Shown in pieces: positions 1-11,065 of a DNA stretch of 64,000 nucleotides; position 1 is the first letter of the stretch; the number at the start of each line of letters is the position of its first letter. The stretch is from Craspedostauros australis. Its lineage: Eukaryota. A program made the translations under genes and the position numbers. The DNA lies in NCBI GenBank assembly GCA_030167865.1, contig JALAGF010000504.1, positions 1 through 64,000 on the forward strand, given 5' to 3'. The notes beneath the pieces are model-generated. The model saw only the letters and a program-made list of their open reading frames with translations, did not search any database and was not told the origin of the DNA.

Positions 1-2
1 CG

Positions 3-532
3 ATGTGCCACATTTGTCACATCCTGTGTGTTCGCATCGGCCAGCTGAGGTGGTACTGATAATGTTTTTTCGACTTCCACACAGTGTTATCGCGGAGAGG
101 CGCTTTTGTGTCCTCAAAACTCTTGATTGTTGTTTCTCCAGGATTGGCGTTTGTGCTTCTGTTGGTTTCCGACGNNNNNNNNNNNNNNNNNNNNNNNNNN
201 NNNNNNNNNNNNNNNNNNNNNNNNNNNNNNNNNNNNNNNNNNNNNNNNNNNNNNNNNNNNNNNNNNNNNNNNNNNNNNNNNNNNNNNNNNNNNNNNNNNN
301 NNNNNNNNNNNNNNNNNNNNNNNNNNNNNNNNNNNNNNNNNNNNNNNNNNNNNNNNNNNNNNNNNNNNNNNNNNNNNNNNNNNNNNNNNNNNNNNNAATG
401 AGAGAAGCCACCACACTGGAGGACCATGTTGGTCTGGCATGCGATCTCACCACCTACACGTGGAGGCCAAATAGTGCTGTTGATGCGAACCCAAAAGCAG
501 TGACAAATGTGGCACATGTGCCAAATTTGTCA
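3..532. repeat. Inverted-repeat/palindromic element spanning the gap
   Basis: 3-20 (atgtgccacatttgtcac) is the exact reverse complement of 500-517. 30-38 is the reverse complement of 482-490 at the same spacing. 501-532 is a 32-nt palindrome with one mismatched pair. Confidence 0.8.
175..396. other. Assembly gap (run of N)
   Basis: 222 consecutive N bases. Confidence 0.99.
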
Positions 533-2932
533 GCAAATTTCTCATTAGGGATATACGTACATCTCGACATATACTCACATGTACATCTCGACAATTCTTG
601 TTTTGGCGCGAAATCTTCCGACCTGATCGACCACCAAATCTTTTCTCCCCCTTTCTCTCTTTCATTCACGAATCTGTCCTCACTCGTGCCATGACCGATC
701 TGACTCAGCTTTACCTTAGGAACTATATGCTCCTCAAATTCTTTCACTACAACATACCTCGATTCCCTCCATGCCAATGACTACTACACCATCGTCGTAG
801 TCTTGGCACGCATATCCAACTCGCTTCAACTCAAGCAAAGGAATCCGAGGGTGAACTCCAACCACAGCCATTGCTGCATGACCATCTCAATCGAAGCGTC
901 ATGATCTATACTGCAGTGTGACTACGTGTGAAGAGAGCAAGGAGCTACAATCAACTTCCATCCTCAAGCACTGAACCAAATACATCAGTGCAGGGCCCTA
1001 TCAAGTTGTGTGACATTGTTTCTTCATCCTACCAACATCACTAGCTAACTCATAATATCACAGACAAAGATGAGCACCAAAGCACTCATCTACTCATCGT
1101 TACTGTGACACGTCTTCAAGCAAATCATACTCCTCTTGGACTGCATCACACGGTTATCCCAAAACCGGTAGTTTGTGAGGCATCTCCTACCGATTCGCGC
1201 CAACTGAACCCGAATCCTAACTCTTGTCATTCCGGGCGTACTCACGCTTCCTAGAGCAACAGAGAGTTGTAATGGACACTCTCTTGTGAAGATTCAAAGT
1301 ATTCCATTGGCAGAGACAAGATACAATCAAGCATGAAGAGTATTTAAGGCGTAACGATCAACGAAAAGGATGGCACAGAGCAGATAGATAGAATACATTT
1401 TTGGATCTGTGACAGGTCTGACATGGCGTGGGGTGATCCAGGCTCACAGAACTATCGCATGGTCTACGAACTATTCCAGAATGAATGAACATTGCAAGAG
1501 GCGCTGTGGTAGGCGATTGATGGTTGTCCATTGCTGAATTGTGAGCGTGGGGGTTGACGGCTTGGCGATGTCTAGATGGTATTATATGACTACTCTATTT
1601 GTGCTGCTCAACAATGGCATACTCCTATCCGTAGACTCTGGCTCGTCTCGCCAGCCGTTGTTGCGCGGAACTCCGCATGACCCGCGCAGGCGTGGATCCT
1701 GGAATCATGTGACGTGTGTGAAAATGGAAATGAAACCAATTCGACGTTCAATTGCAGCACTCCCGGAACCCCACGACGCCAAGGCCAGAATTGGCTGATC
1801 TCATTCCACTCGGTACCACAGACACGGAATCCATGCTTGGTCTGCAAGTACTATACTCTTGAACGAATACGTCGATTGTATCAAACCGGCACTCGTTGAA
1901 ATGGAAACTGTGTGTGGTTGTTGCCGACCACATCGATTTGGTTGTCGAATGATGTGGCACCTCATGAAGAATCCAAAAGTCATCTCGAGCAAAATCCAGA
2001 ACTGCTGAGAGGGAGAGAGAGCACACAATGCCAGAGTGGAGCGTCATGCCTCGCACCAAACACCCTTGCAAGTCGACCAGCGCTTCCGCTGCGCCATTTT
2101 CTTCACCAACGCGAGTTGGTCTGGCATCGCTCTCTCTCTCTATCTCTGTCTCCCTTTGTCTTGTATGTTTCTCTGCCTGGAGCCTTGATGGTTTGCTGCG
2201 AATCTCAAGTCAGAATTGCTGCGCCTCGGACGGGCTGGGATGTTGCGACAACCACTGTCCCTCTTCCGTGGTCTCGCAACGTCACTGGTGAACGCCAGGC
2301 GCACGAGTTGCCCTTCACGTTTGCGTTTTTCGGAGCCAGGCTTTTCTAATCTTCGTGGAGATGACACTGTACTCCACAAAACACACCAATGGCATACAAG
2401 GCGATGAGGTGGAGGTTGGTCTTTCTCTTGGTCGCGGTTGTGCTCCTCATCGTGTACACACTCATGATGCGCTGCCATTGGCGATGGCGTCGTCAATGTC
2501 GCCACTGTTGTGGTTGGTGATGACGCTGGTACGAATGTCGATGTTCTCGCGGTGCTTTTTGGGATGGCGCAGTCTTTCCAACAGAGACAGAACATCTGTT
2601 TAGAATGATTGAGAGGACTGCTCGACTGCAGCATCTACAAGTATTCCGCATGGAGCACTTTGAAGCGCGGCATCACTCTTGGCGGCTCCATCCAACGCTC
2701 TGGCTCTCTCGTGTTACATTCCTGCATGCCTCTGTCTTCTACGACAACATGGAATCGTGTCAACTTGGCCGTACACGCGATGGCGACGCACATTGTCTCA
2801 TTTGCGGGCGTGGTTGATCCTGCAAGTATTATCCGGTTAAGTTCTGAAATCGGGAGAATGGAGGCGGCAAGAGAAACAACTTTGTCACCAGGGGCGGGTA
2901 CAAGAATACGCCCAGTGAGATTTCGGGCCCCA

Positions 2933-3092
2933 CGCGCCAAATTTGTCACTCAACATCGGCATTTGAGGTGGTTGTGGGAACGTGTTGTCGACTTGCGCAT
3001 GGCGTCATCGCGGAGAGGGGCTTGTGTGTCCGCGTGGCTCTTGGTTTTTGTTCCCTAGGATTGGCGTTGTTGTTTCTTTTGGCTTCTGACAG
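2933..3092 (+). repeat. Diverged direct copy of region ~5-174
   Basis: Collinear shared blocks: atttgtcac, catcggc, tgaggtggt, cgactt, atcgcggagagg, tgtgtcc, ctcttg, aggattggcgtt. Roughly 70% identity by eye. Confidence 0.8.
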
Positions 3093-4177
3093 CAGCGAGA
3101 CTTTCAGGTGCTTCAAAGAACTCGTTTCATTGCTACTTCTAAGCGAAGTCTGTGATTTCCATCCAATCATTTTCCTTCAACAGTTTGTTCGCGCGAAGTG
3201 CTCCAGCTTCTTCACAAAGCCTTCCTTGATTGCGGTTTGCCCCTGAGTTTCTGTGTTCCTTCTGTAGCCCTGCGTGTTCCTTATGTAGCCTTCTTGACAC
3301 CGAACATTGCATGCATTGTTGTCCAGGTTTTGTCGTTGCCGGCTCGGTAGCTGCGACGATTCCGTCGTCCACCGTACGCTTCCTCTGCGTGTCTGTCTCT
3401 CTCTCTCTCTCTCTCTGCATGTGCATGTGTATATGCATGTGTATGTGCATGCGCACGTGAATGCGCATGTGGATTCGCGTCTGCGAAAATCACTTTCTTG
3501 CCTTCGACAACATGCACACAACAACTCTCATAAAAAACAATCGACGAACAGATTGTCCTCCGAAGCACAGCATCACCACACAGCAATCGATAAGCATTGC
3601 CAGGTGATCACAAGCCTCTCTCCGGCCAACGCCAAACATAATTCAAAGGTACGTTCCGCTCATCGATCAATTGCAGAAGCAGGTTTGCAAGATGAATGAA
3701 TGTCTACATGGCGAGGAGCCAATGACGGGAGGATTCGTTCGCAGCGCTCGTCTTGCCCGACACAGCGTGCTGCCTCAAGCAGGCGCACATCGGGAGCATC
3801 AGCATCACTGGCAGCATCCGGGGTGGACGCTCCCACCGGATCAGCTGCCATCGTTATGAGAAGCGTGAAGCATATTGATGCCTCGCACCCCCCACGCTTG
3901 TCGTTCCGATCGTGTGCTTGCTTTGCATGTTGGTGGCATGTTGTGTCATCGCCTTCGACTCCGGTCTTCTCTGCTCTGCTCAATACACTCCTGTCACGAT
4001 TCGCTGATCTGCCCAACTCAACTCAACCCCGAACCTCTCATGTTCCACGGTTACGAGGACTTGTGCTCCCGAATTCGCACTGCGCTGCGCTTCTCTATCC
4101 GTGCCAAAACACGAAAATGAATCGCAGCACACAATCCAAGCAACCGACAAACAGCAATCACCAAGTACCGAGCGACC

Positions 4178-7100
4178 ATGATTTACAGCAAGGCAGCCTT
4201 CGTCGCTTTTCTAGCTCTCGCCGACACGGCAACGGTCCACGCCGTGCTCCGCGGCAACAAGACTCCTGTGGATCCAACCGAGGAACTCCGCACGGCGACG
4301 AACAAGATCCGCGCGCTCAAGATCGGCGTTGATGACGGCCCAAAGGCGAGGAAGCAAAATAAGGCCGACCGAGAGCCTCCCACAGACAACCCGGCTGGTG
4401 CAGAAACAACCGCGCCGACCGCATTGCCTACTGGGCCGCCGACAGGATTGATTTCGGAGATGCCCTCGATGGCACCTGTCGCTCAGCCAACTGCCTCGCC
4501 GACCTCTCAACCGGTAGCTGCACCTTCGGGCTTCGATTCTACCATCGAGGTCATTTGCCAGCCAGACGGTCTCACCACCCTCACATCACAAGAGAGAAAC
4601 GCCAAGACAATCATCTGTAACTCTGCAAAGCCGTCCTGCCGCGAGGCAGTGACCGCCGTGAGGGAATCCAAGGCACTGCAGAATTTCTTCGGATGCGCAG
4701 GAGACCTCGGCGAAGGAGCTGCACGCAAGCTCTTCGACCAGTACGCGTCCAATGACGTGCTCTCGGGCCAATTGTCCCTGATCACTGCCACCAACGCGAT
4801 CCTCGTCACCGAACGTCCGGATGCCATGAACGCAGCATGTGCGGCCGTGGCTGCGATGCAATCGCCTGCCGTCGCAGATCCATGCTGCCAAGGACCTTTG
4901 GGATGCACTTCAGTCACCGGTTCCGCCTCCAACTCCCCTCCATTCATGACCATCGCCATCACTGCATGCACCGGCGACAGCGCCTGCAAGGACATGGGAC
5001 CCAATCCCCTCATCCTCGATTCCTCCTGTACTGGCGTGAGTTCATGCGAGTTGATGAATGAGAACGAGGCCAACCCGTCCATCATGGGAGTCACCTTCGT
5101 CGGTGAGATGGCATGCACTACCCCTCAATCTTGTGAGGGAGTGGGACGTCGCTCTCATGGTGATGTCACCATCCAGACCGGTGCATGCATTGGACCCGAT
5201 GCATGCAATGCAGCTGGCCGCCGTGTCGTGCAGAAGGCACCATCATATCGCTTCCGCAGCCACATCGACATTGGCCCGAATGCGTGCGTCGGCAGCAATG
5301 CCTGCAAGGATGCCCATTCCACTGTCAACTATGATACTGCTGGTAAGCCTGAAGGCAGCCTGACCATTGGTGCTGGTGGTTGCGTCGCCGATGGGTCATG
5401 CGAGAAGATGGGCTTCAGCGACAGGATGAGAACGGATATCATTGTCCCTCCTGGTGGATGTGGCAGTGTTGAAGGCTGCAAGGGATGCATGACAAAGACG
5501 GAGTGCAGCCCTGATGAATTCTACTTCATCAGCGACGTCGATGGGGCCTGTCCAAAGGGAGACAGCAGCTCCGGGGGCAATCCTACTGGGGACAAGGTGG
5601 AGGAGTACTGCATTGGCAAGGACACCCTGCCCACAGACTCTCCCACTTTTTCTCCCACTCCTTTCCCTACACCTCTCACGCCCAGCCCAACTAGTGCCCC
5701 AACCAACTCACAGTCTCAGACGCCCTCATATTTTCCTTCAGACGCTCCATCGCGAGTCCCGTCCGAGATGCCATCAGATATCCCGAGCTCACTCCCATCG
5801 AACAGACCGTCACAAGTTCCGTCCGAGAGACCGTCCGACCATCCCTCCGATCTTCCGTCTGACGAGCCATCGCAAACCCCGTCTACGATACCGTCCGACC
5901 TTCCGTCCGATGACCCGTCGCAACTCCCGTCCCAGGTGCCGTCGGCACAGCCCTCCGACCTTCCGTCCGAGGTGCCATCCGCACAGCCCTCCGACCTTCC
6001 GTCCGAGGAGCCGTCCGATGACCCGTCGCAACTCCCATCCGAGATGCCGTCAGATATCCCGAGCTCAGTCCCATCGATCAGTCCATCGCAAGTCCCGTCC
6101 GAGATGCCGTCAAATTTCCCGAGCTCACTCCCGTCGAGCAGTCCATCGCAAGTCCCGTCCGAGGTGGCGTCCGCACAGCCCTCCGACCTTCCGTCTCAGA
6201 TGCCGTCAAGCAGTCCATCGCAAGTCCCGAGCACCGTACCCACAGACACATCAATGCCAACTCGCGCCCCAGCATCCTTGACCGTCGGATGTCTCGAGAC
6301 ACCGGGAGATGACACAACGACGTTCAATGAGGTCACTGGTGACGTATTGTGTGATGGTGCAACAGGCACATGCGCAACCTTTGTCGCTGCGGTCGACGCC
6401 CTCGGCGACAAGGGCAAGATGATCAAGAGCATCTTTGGATGCAGTCATGAAGGAACGCCCAACGTCGTGACACAACAGGTGGCGCAGAAACGCTTTGACA
6501 CCATGAAGAATGACGCGAGCATGACGCAGCTACTGGTGGATGTAGTGGCCACCATGAAGCTCTACACTGGGATAGGAGATGCGGTTGATTCGGCTTGCGG
6601 TAGTTCGTGTTGCACTGGTTTTAACCCTTGCGCCACCTCGTATTCAGTTCAGGTTATGACGGTGACAGACAACTCGTGCCATGGCGAAGAAAGTTGCTCT
6701 TCCGTTCAACCTGGCACCATCATACTTGGCAGCAGCTGCACAGCAGACTATGCTTGCCAAAAGTATGGTTGGTTTACCTCATTGGAGCAAAATGCTGAGG
6801 CTGGATACAGGGTGATTGGACCAAACGCTTGCACGGATAGATCCGCTTGCACAGACCTTGGACGGAACCTTTTTGGCAATGTGCGAGTAGGAGAAGGAGC
6901 ATGCACTGGAGGTGAGGGCGCATGCAAAGATGCTGGTGGCAAAAGCAACCAAGGGACTACCACGGCGCCGGTCGTGACAAATGTCTTCATTGGGAAGAAC
7001 GCATGCGTTGGGATCAACGCTTGTACTGATGCGCATGCTGTCGATCTTATTGATTCCAAAACTGGAGGAAGTTTGGTCATTGAAGAGGGTGCATGCGCCG

Positions 7101-7306
7101 CTGCGAGCTCATGTAATCAGGTCGGCTTCGGTACTGCTGCAGTCAATGACATCATCGTCAGGACAGGAACATGTTCCGCAGCCGCTTCCGATTGTGACAG
7201 TTGTGCCCAGGGAGCACTGTGTACGTCAACGACAGAGACGTACATAATCGACAACGCAGACAAGGACTGCCCAGGACCAGACCAATCCGCCTGTGAAGTG
7301 GTCTAA
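4178..7306 (+). CDS. Secreted Cys-rich protein (1042 aa): two homologous Cys-repeat modules separated by a Pro/Ser PSxx spacer
   Basis: Intronless ORF with signal peptide MIYSKAAFVAFLALADTATVHA. Repeated IGxxACxGxxAC motifs, a central PSxxPS tract, and no TM segment or GPI-type tail. Confidence 0.92.
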   Translation: MIYSKAAFVAFLALADTATVHAVLRGNKTPVDPTEELRTATNKIRALKIGVDDGPKARKQNKADREPPTDNPAGAETTAPTALPTGPPTGLISEMPSMAPVAQPTASPTSQPVAAPSGFDSTIEVICQPDGLTTLTSQERNAKTIICNSAKPSCREAVTAVRESKALQNFFGCAGDLGEGAARKLFDQYASNDVLSGQLSLITATNAILVTERPDAMNAACAAVAAMQSPAVADPCCQGPLGCTSVTGSASNSPPFMTIAITACTGDSACKDMGPNPLILDSSCTGVSSCELMNENEANPSIMGVTFVGEMACTTPQSCEGVGRRSHGDVTIQTGACIGPDACNAAGRRVVQKAPSYRFRSHIDIGPNACVGSNACKDAHSTVNYDTAGKPEGSLTIGAGGCVADGSCEKMGFSDRMRTDIIVPPGGCGSVEGCKGCMTKTECSPDEFYFISDVDGACPKGDSSSGGNPTGDKVEEYCIGKDTLPTDSPTFSPTPFPTPLTPSPTSAPTNSQSQTPSYFPSDAPSRVPSEMPSDIPSSLPSNRPSQVPSERPSDHPSDLPSDEPSQTPSTIPSDLPSDDPSQLPSQVPSAQPSDLPSEVPSAQPSDLPSEEPSDDPSQLPSEMPSDIPSSVPSISPSQVPSEMPSNFPSSLPSSSPSQVPSEVASAQPSDLPSQMPSSSPSQVPSTVPTDTSMPTRAPASLTVGCLETPGDDTTTFNEVTGDVLCDGATGTCATFVAAVDALGDKGKMIKSIFGCSHEGTPNVVTQQVAQKRFDTMKNDASMTQLLVDVVATMKLYTGIGDAVDSACGSSCCTGFNPCATSYSVQVMTVTDNSCHGEESCSSVQPGTIILGSSCTADYACQKYGWFTSLEQNAEAGYRVIGPNACTDRSACTDLGRNLFGNVRVGEGACTGGEGACKDAGGKSNQGTTTAPVVTNVFIGKNACVGINACTDAHAVDLIDSKTGGSLVIEEGACAAASSCNQVGFGTAAVNDIIVRTGTCSAAASDCDSCAQGALCTSTTETYIIDNADKDCPGPDQSACEVV
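5630..6265 (+). repeat. Coding tandem repeat, 12-nt period (PSxx) with higher-order units
   Basis: ccgtccgag/ccgtccgac units recur. Near-identical ~40-nt blocks start at ~5759, ~6035 and ~6095. Confidence 0.9.
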
Positions 7307-7997
7307 GGATAGACTTAACTCTAAAGTAACACACAGCCATTCAGTCTGCTGTCTACGTGTATGCTACGTGCATTATTGCTGGTCATGTCGTCCTGATCAT
7401 GACTCTTCGTCCACCTTGCTACAACCAGTAAGAGCGGACGAGCCGATGATAAACCAGACTATCGCCGTGGGAAAAGGCATGTAATTGAAGGGGGAATTAA
7501 GATTATGGGCACAGGGCACAAGACCTTGCATCGATCGTGGTCTCTGCTCTGCTACACGGGAAGCAGCTGGTAGTGTCCCATATAACGTCATAATAACCCC
7601 TCATAACGCTCATTTCTCATTGTCTGCTTGTCGGGATGGCACAGACGCTTGTGGTGGTGTGAAGAAAAATGGGATGATCAACGTCTAACCTACCATCAGT
7701 GCATCCTACCGAAAGACACGAAAGCGCTCGATTTTGTCAGAAAAGATGAAACTTGTCTGGTAGTGGAAGCAACGTCGCCAGCCACCCTGCACACACACTT
7801 CCGTCTTCCTTGCGACACCAACTTGTTGTGTTGTTTTGTGGATCGGAACGCACCGGATGGTCGTCGGGATCATTCGCCCCTCAGGAACACAACCACAACA
7901 AGGCGATGCAAATCGTCCACAAGAGAGAGAGAGAGAGAGTGAAAGCAATCGTTGAAGAAATAGTGCCGTGCACTGTTGACGTGCGACCTGGAACATC

Positions 7998-10578
7998 ATG
8001 TCAAGCAAGAACGATACCAACACGAGTGCTGATGATGAGATCCAGGAGCCTTCGAAGAAACGCGCCCGGGTGGATCCAAGCGCTGAGGTGATCGATGTTG
8101 ATGCTGATGGTGACGGCGGAACCACTGGGAATGGTGATGCGCAAGCTGATGCCATGGATGTGACGATACAAGCGGAGGGGGGAACTACAAAGAAAGCACG
8201 CAAATCGGGCGGCGTGCAACAGCTGTCGAAATGGGCGGCCAAGATGTTTGATCCCAACCGCGCCAAACGGGGGTTGGTCGAGCCTCCGGAGATCATTCCA
8301 TTGAACGATGAATTCCTAAAGGCGTTCGGCAAACGTGAGAATGAATACCACAAGACCATGCACAAGCACAAGTCCCAAGGTGGAAGCAACGGCGACGGAG
8401 ATGATGGCAATGCCAACACGGTGGAAAATGGAGGCGGTGACAGAGCGGACACCGAGCTGCCGTTCGTAGTCAATGAACCCATCCAGGATGTTGCCGTCGG
8501 TGCCAATGGCTCTGACGATGCTGAGAATGCAAGCATCGTTGGAAATGAAAACGGCAACCCAAATGCCGAAAGCAATGTCCTGCTCTTCTCCAACAAGATC
8601 GATCCGACAAAAATCAAATCGAAGACGTGGGCCAAGATCAAGCTCAGCAACCTCGCATTCCGAACAAGTTCAGCGCGGCTTCGACAGGTGTGTCAGATGT
8701 ACGGCCCGGTCGAGTCGGCGGAAGTTGTCATGGATAGGGACAATCCAAACCGGAGCTCGGGTCGTGCCTTCGTCATGTTTGAAAGCATCCTGGCGGCGCA
8801 GGAGTGCGCCAAGGATCTGGATGAGTTGGATGGAAGACCGTTGAAGATCACCATCGTTTCCACATCAGATGGATCATCCAAGACCCGTGGGCGACAGTCT
8901 TTTGGTGGTGCTGGCGGGGGCAGCTTGCTCAGCGAGAGCTCGATACATGTGGGTAAGAATCTCTTGAAGAAGTGCAATCGTTGCGGAGAGGTCGGCCACC
9001 CCGAAGGCACACTTCATCGGTGTTTGTCGTGTCTATCGTGGAAGTATTTGGTTGTTCAAAGCTGTTGTGAAGATCTTTGATTGGTCCATTGGTTGGTCCA
9101 TGAGTTTGGTAGACCCCATACCACATGATACCGCAACAGTGCACTGCCGGGTTTCTGAATTGGCACTGGCCGCGCTGTGGAGACACGCAAGGTTCTCGCC
9201 GTCCACCTTCGGGGCTGGAAGCGTGATCATTGCGCTATCCTAAGTTCCCGCAATGTTCGCATGATGCTGTTGCTGACTCTGCTGTTATTGCTTGACTTTA
9301 TATTGCTTTCCTTTCGTTTGCTTCGGTTCTTGTACTCTCTTCCATGTGCAACATCTTCTTTGCCGCTTCATTCCGATGCATCTTGTTCCTCAACCAACTA
9401 CTCCACAAATATGACCACGATGATGATCATGATAATGGCTATGACTGCGAGCAGCAAAAAGCAAAAGCAAGGCGAAAGGACGACCATGTCCATTGTGTGC
9501 AGGGTTTGGGCATGACTTCGGAAAGTGCGACCTTTCCAGGATATGCTTCAATTGCGGCACCCCAGGCCATGTCAACCGTGCCTGCCCGCATCGCAAGGGA
9601 TCCGTGCCAAGACGCGTGGTCTGCAGTGTGTGCTTGCAATTCGGTCACCATCGCATGCAATGCCGAAAACGGCTCAGCCCTTCCGAGGTTTCATCGCTCG
9701 AAAGCAATGCTGTGTGCATGGTCTGCTATCAAAGGGGGCACTACATGTGCAAGGAGATCAAGTCGCATTTCGGCATGCACGGCGTATCCTGCTTCAACTG
9801 CGGTTTGGTTGGGCACACGGGCTACGAATGCCAGCGCATCAACATTGATCAATGCCAACGCAATCCCAAGGCGGCAGTGAGCGAAGTCAATCGAGCAACA
9901 TCAGCATCATTGTGAGTACTCTCCTCAACAACTGCACATGCACGTCAACTACACGTGTACTTTGGCATTGGCGTTGGTATTGGCACACTTACGCTTGCAT
10001 GTCATTTGCATTCATTTGCCTACTGGTACAGTGACATACTCACATTCTAACTCTCTGTTTGTCTGTCTCTCTGTCTACGTATAATATACCTGTGTACTCA
10101 ATGTTGTTGCACAACCAACGTTTCAAATCGATGCTGTGCCATACTCGTACGTACGTACTATGCTGCACCGCACCAACTGTGTTGTGTACCTCATTCATTA
10201 TACACCACTCACTCGCCCTCAAACAACGACGACGACGACGACGACGACGACAATAGTGCCGAGCAATTGAATTGGTTGCAAGAGTTCAATGATCATGAAA
10301 GGCAAAAGCAGCAGGAACGCGGTCGTTCTCGTCAGCGTGGCAGTGGCGGCGGAGGCAGGCACGATCCACGACGTGGCAAGAGCACGTCTGCCAACCAACG
10401 TTTTCGAGGCAGCAGCAACAACAACAGGAATCAGCGCGGCAACAGCCGTGGTCCACCACCGCCGCCGCCACCACCACCGCCTCCAGTACAGCAGACATCG
10501 TCGTCTCATGGCAAGAAGAAAGGCAAAGGGAAGATGGGCGGGAAGTTCGCGAAACGAGGATACCAGGCAAGGCGTTGA
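7998..10578 (+). CDS. RRM + multiple CCHC zinc-knuckle RNA-binding protein (AIR1/ZCCHC7-like knuckle array)
   Basis: Proposed exons 7998-9006 (donor uncertain), 9455-9911, 10257-10578. RNP2/RNP1-like IKLSNL and SGRAFVMF. Knuckles CPLCAGFGHDFGKC, CFNCGTPGHVNRAC, CSVCLQFGHHRMQC, CFNCGLVGHTGYEC. Intron 2 (gtgagt...tag) keeps frame. Confidence 0.8.
10227..10251. repeat. (GAC)n microsatellite next to an intron acceptor
   Basis: About 8 perfect units ending 3 nt before the acceptor AG at 10255-10256. Confidence 0.9.
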
Positions 10579-10839
10579 GCTTCAAGTTTGCCGAGTGGTT
10601 GGGGAAGCTGTGCTTCGAGTACTCGAAGGCCACAGTGTTGACTCAGAGATGAGACGTTCTTTGTATGGTACAAGTGTGGCAGAATCCTCTATCTATCTCT
10701 AGAGACAGAGAGAGAGTACGCAGAGTAATGCTCGTTCATGACTTCTTTCACGCGCGTATCTGTTTGTTTGTTTTTTGCTTGTTTTGTCTCCATTACTCTT
10801 TGTGACGTTTGACATTCAGCAGTGTTGCAATTAGTCTGG

Positions 10840-10867
10840 GTGATGATGATGATGATGATGATGATGC
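10840..10867. repeat. (GAT)n microsatellite
   Basis: About 9 units in the convergent intergenic region. Confidence 0.9.
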
Positions 10868-11065
10868 TAACAAGTTTACAGTACTCTACGTATGTTTCAT
10901 GTGCCGCATGGCACGAGAGTAGTATGGCATGGTGCGAGCAAGCTATTGGCTGACTGACATTTGCTTGCTCGCTTGCTTTGTTACCAGCATGCGTGTGTCC
11001 ATGCATGCGTTCGGCACCTCGCCTGGTGACTGGGTGAATGACTGAATGGTTCTGAAGCCGGTTAC

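Noticed and set aside
900-1400. Possible LTR/primer-binding site remnant
   Set aside because: No paired LTR, no tRNA-complementary PBS, and no gag/pol ORF.
5630-6265. CRISPR-like or transposon repeat array
   Set aside because: In-frame coding Pro/Ser repeat with no unique spacers; eukaryotic context.
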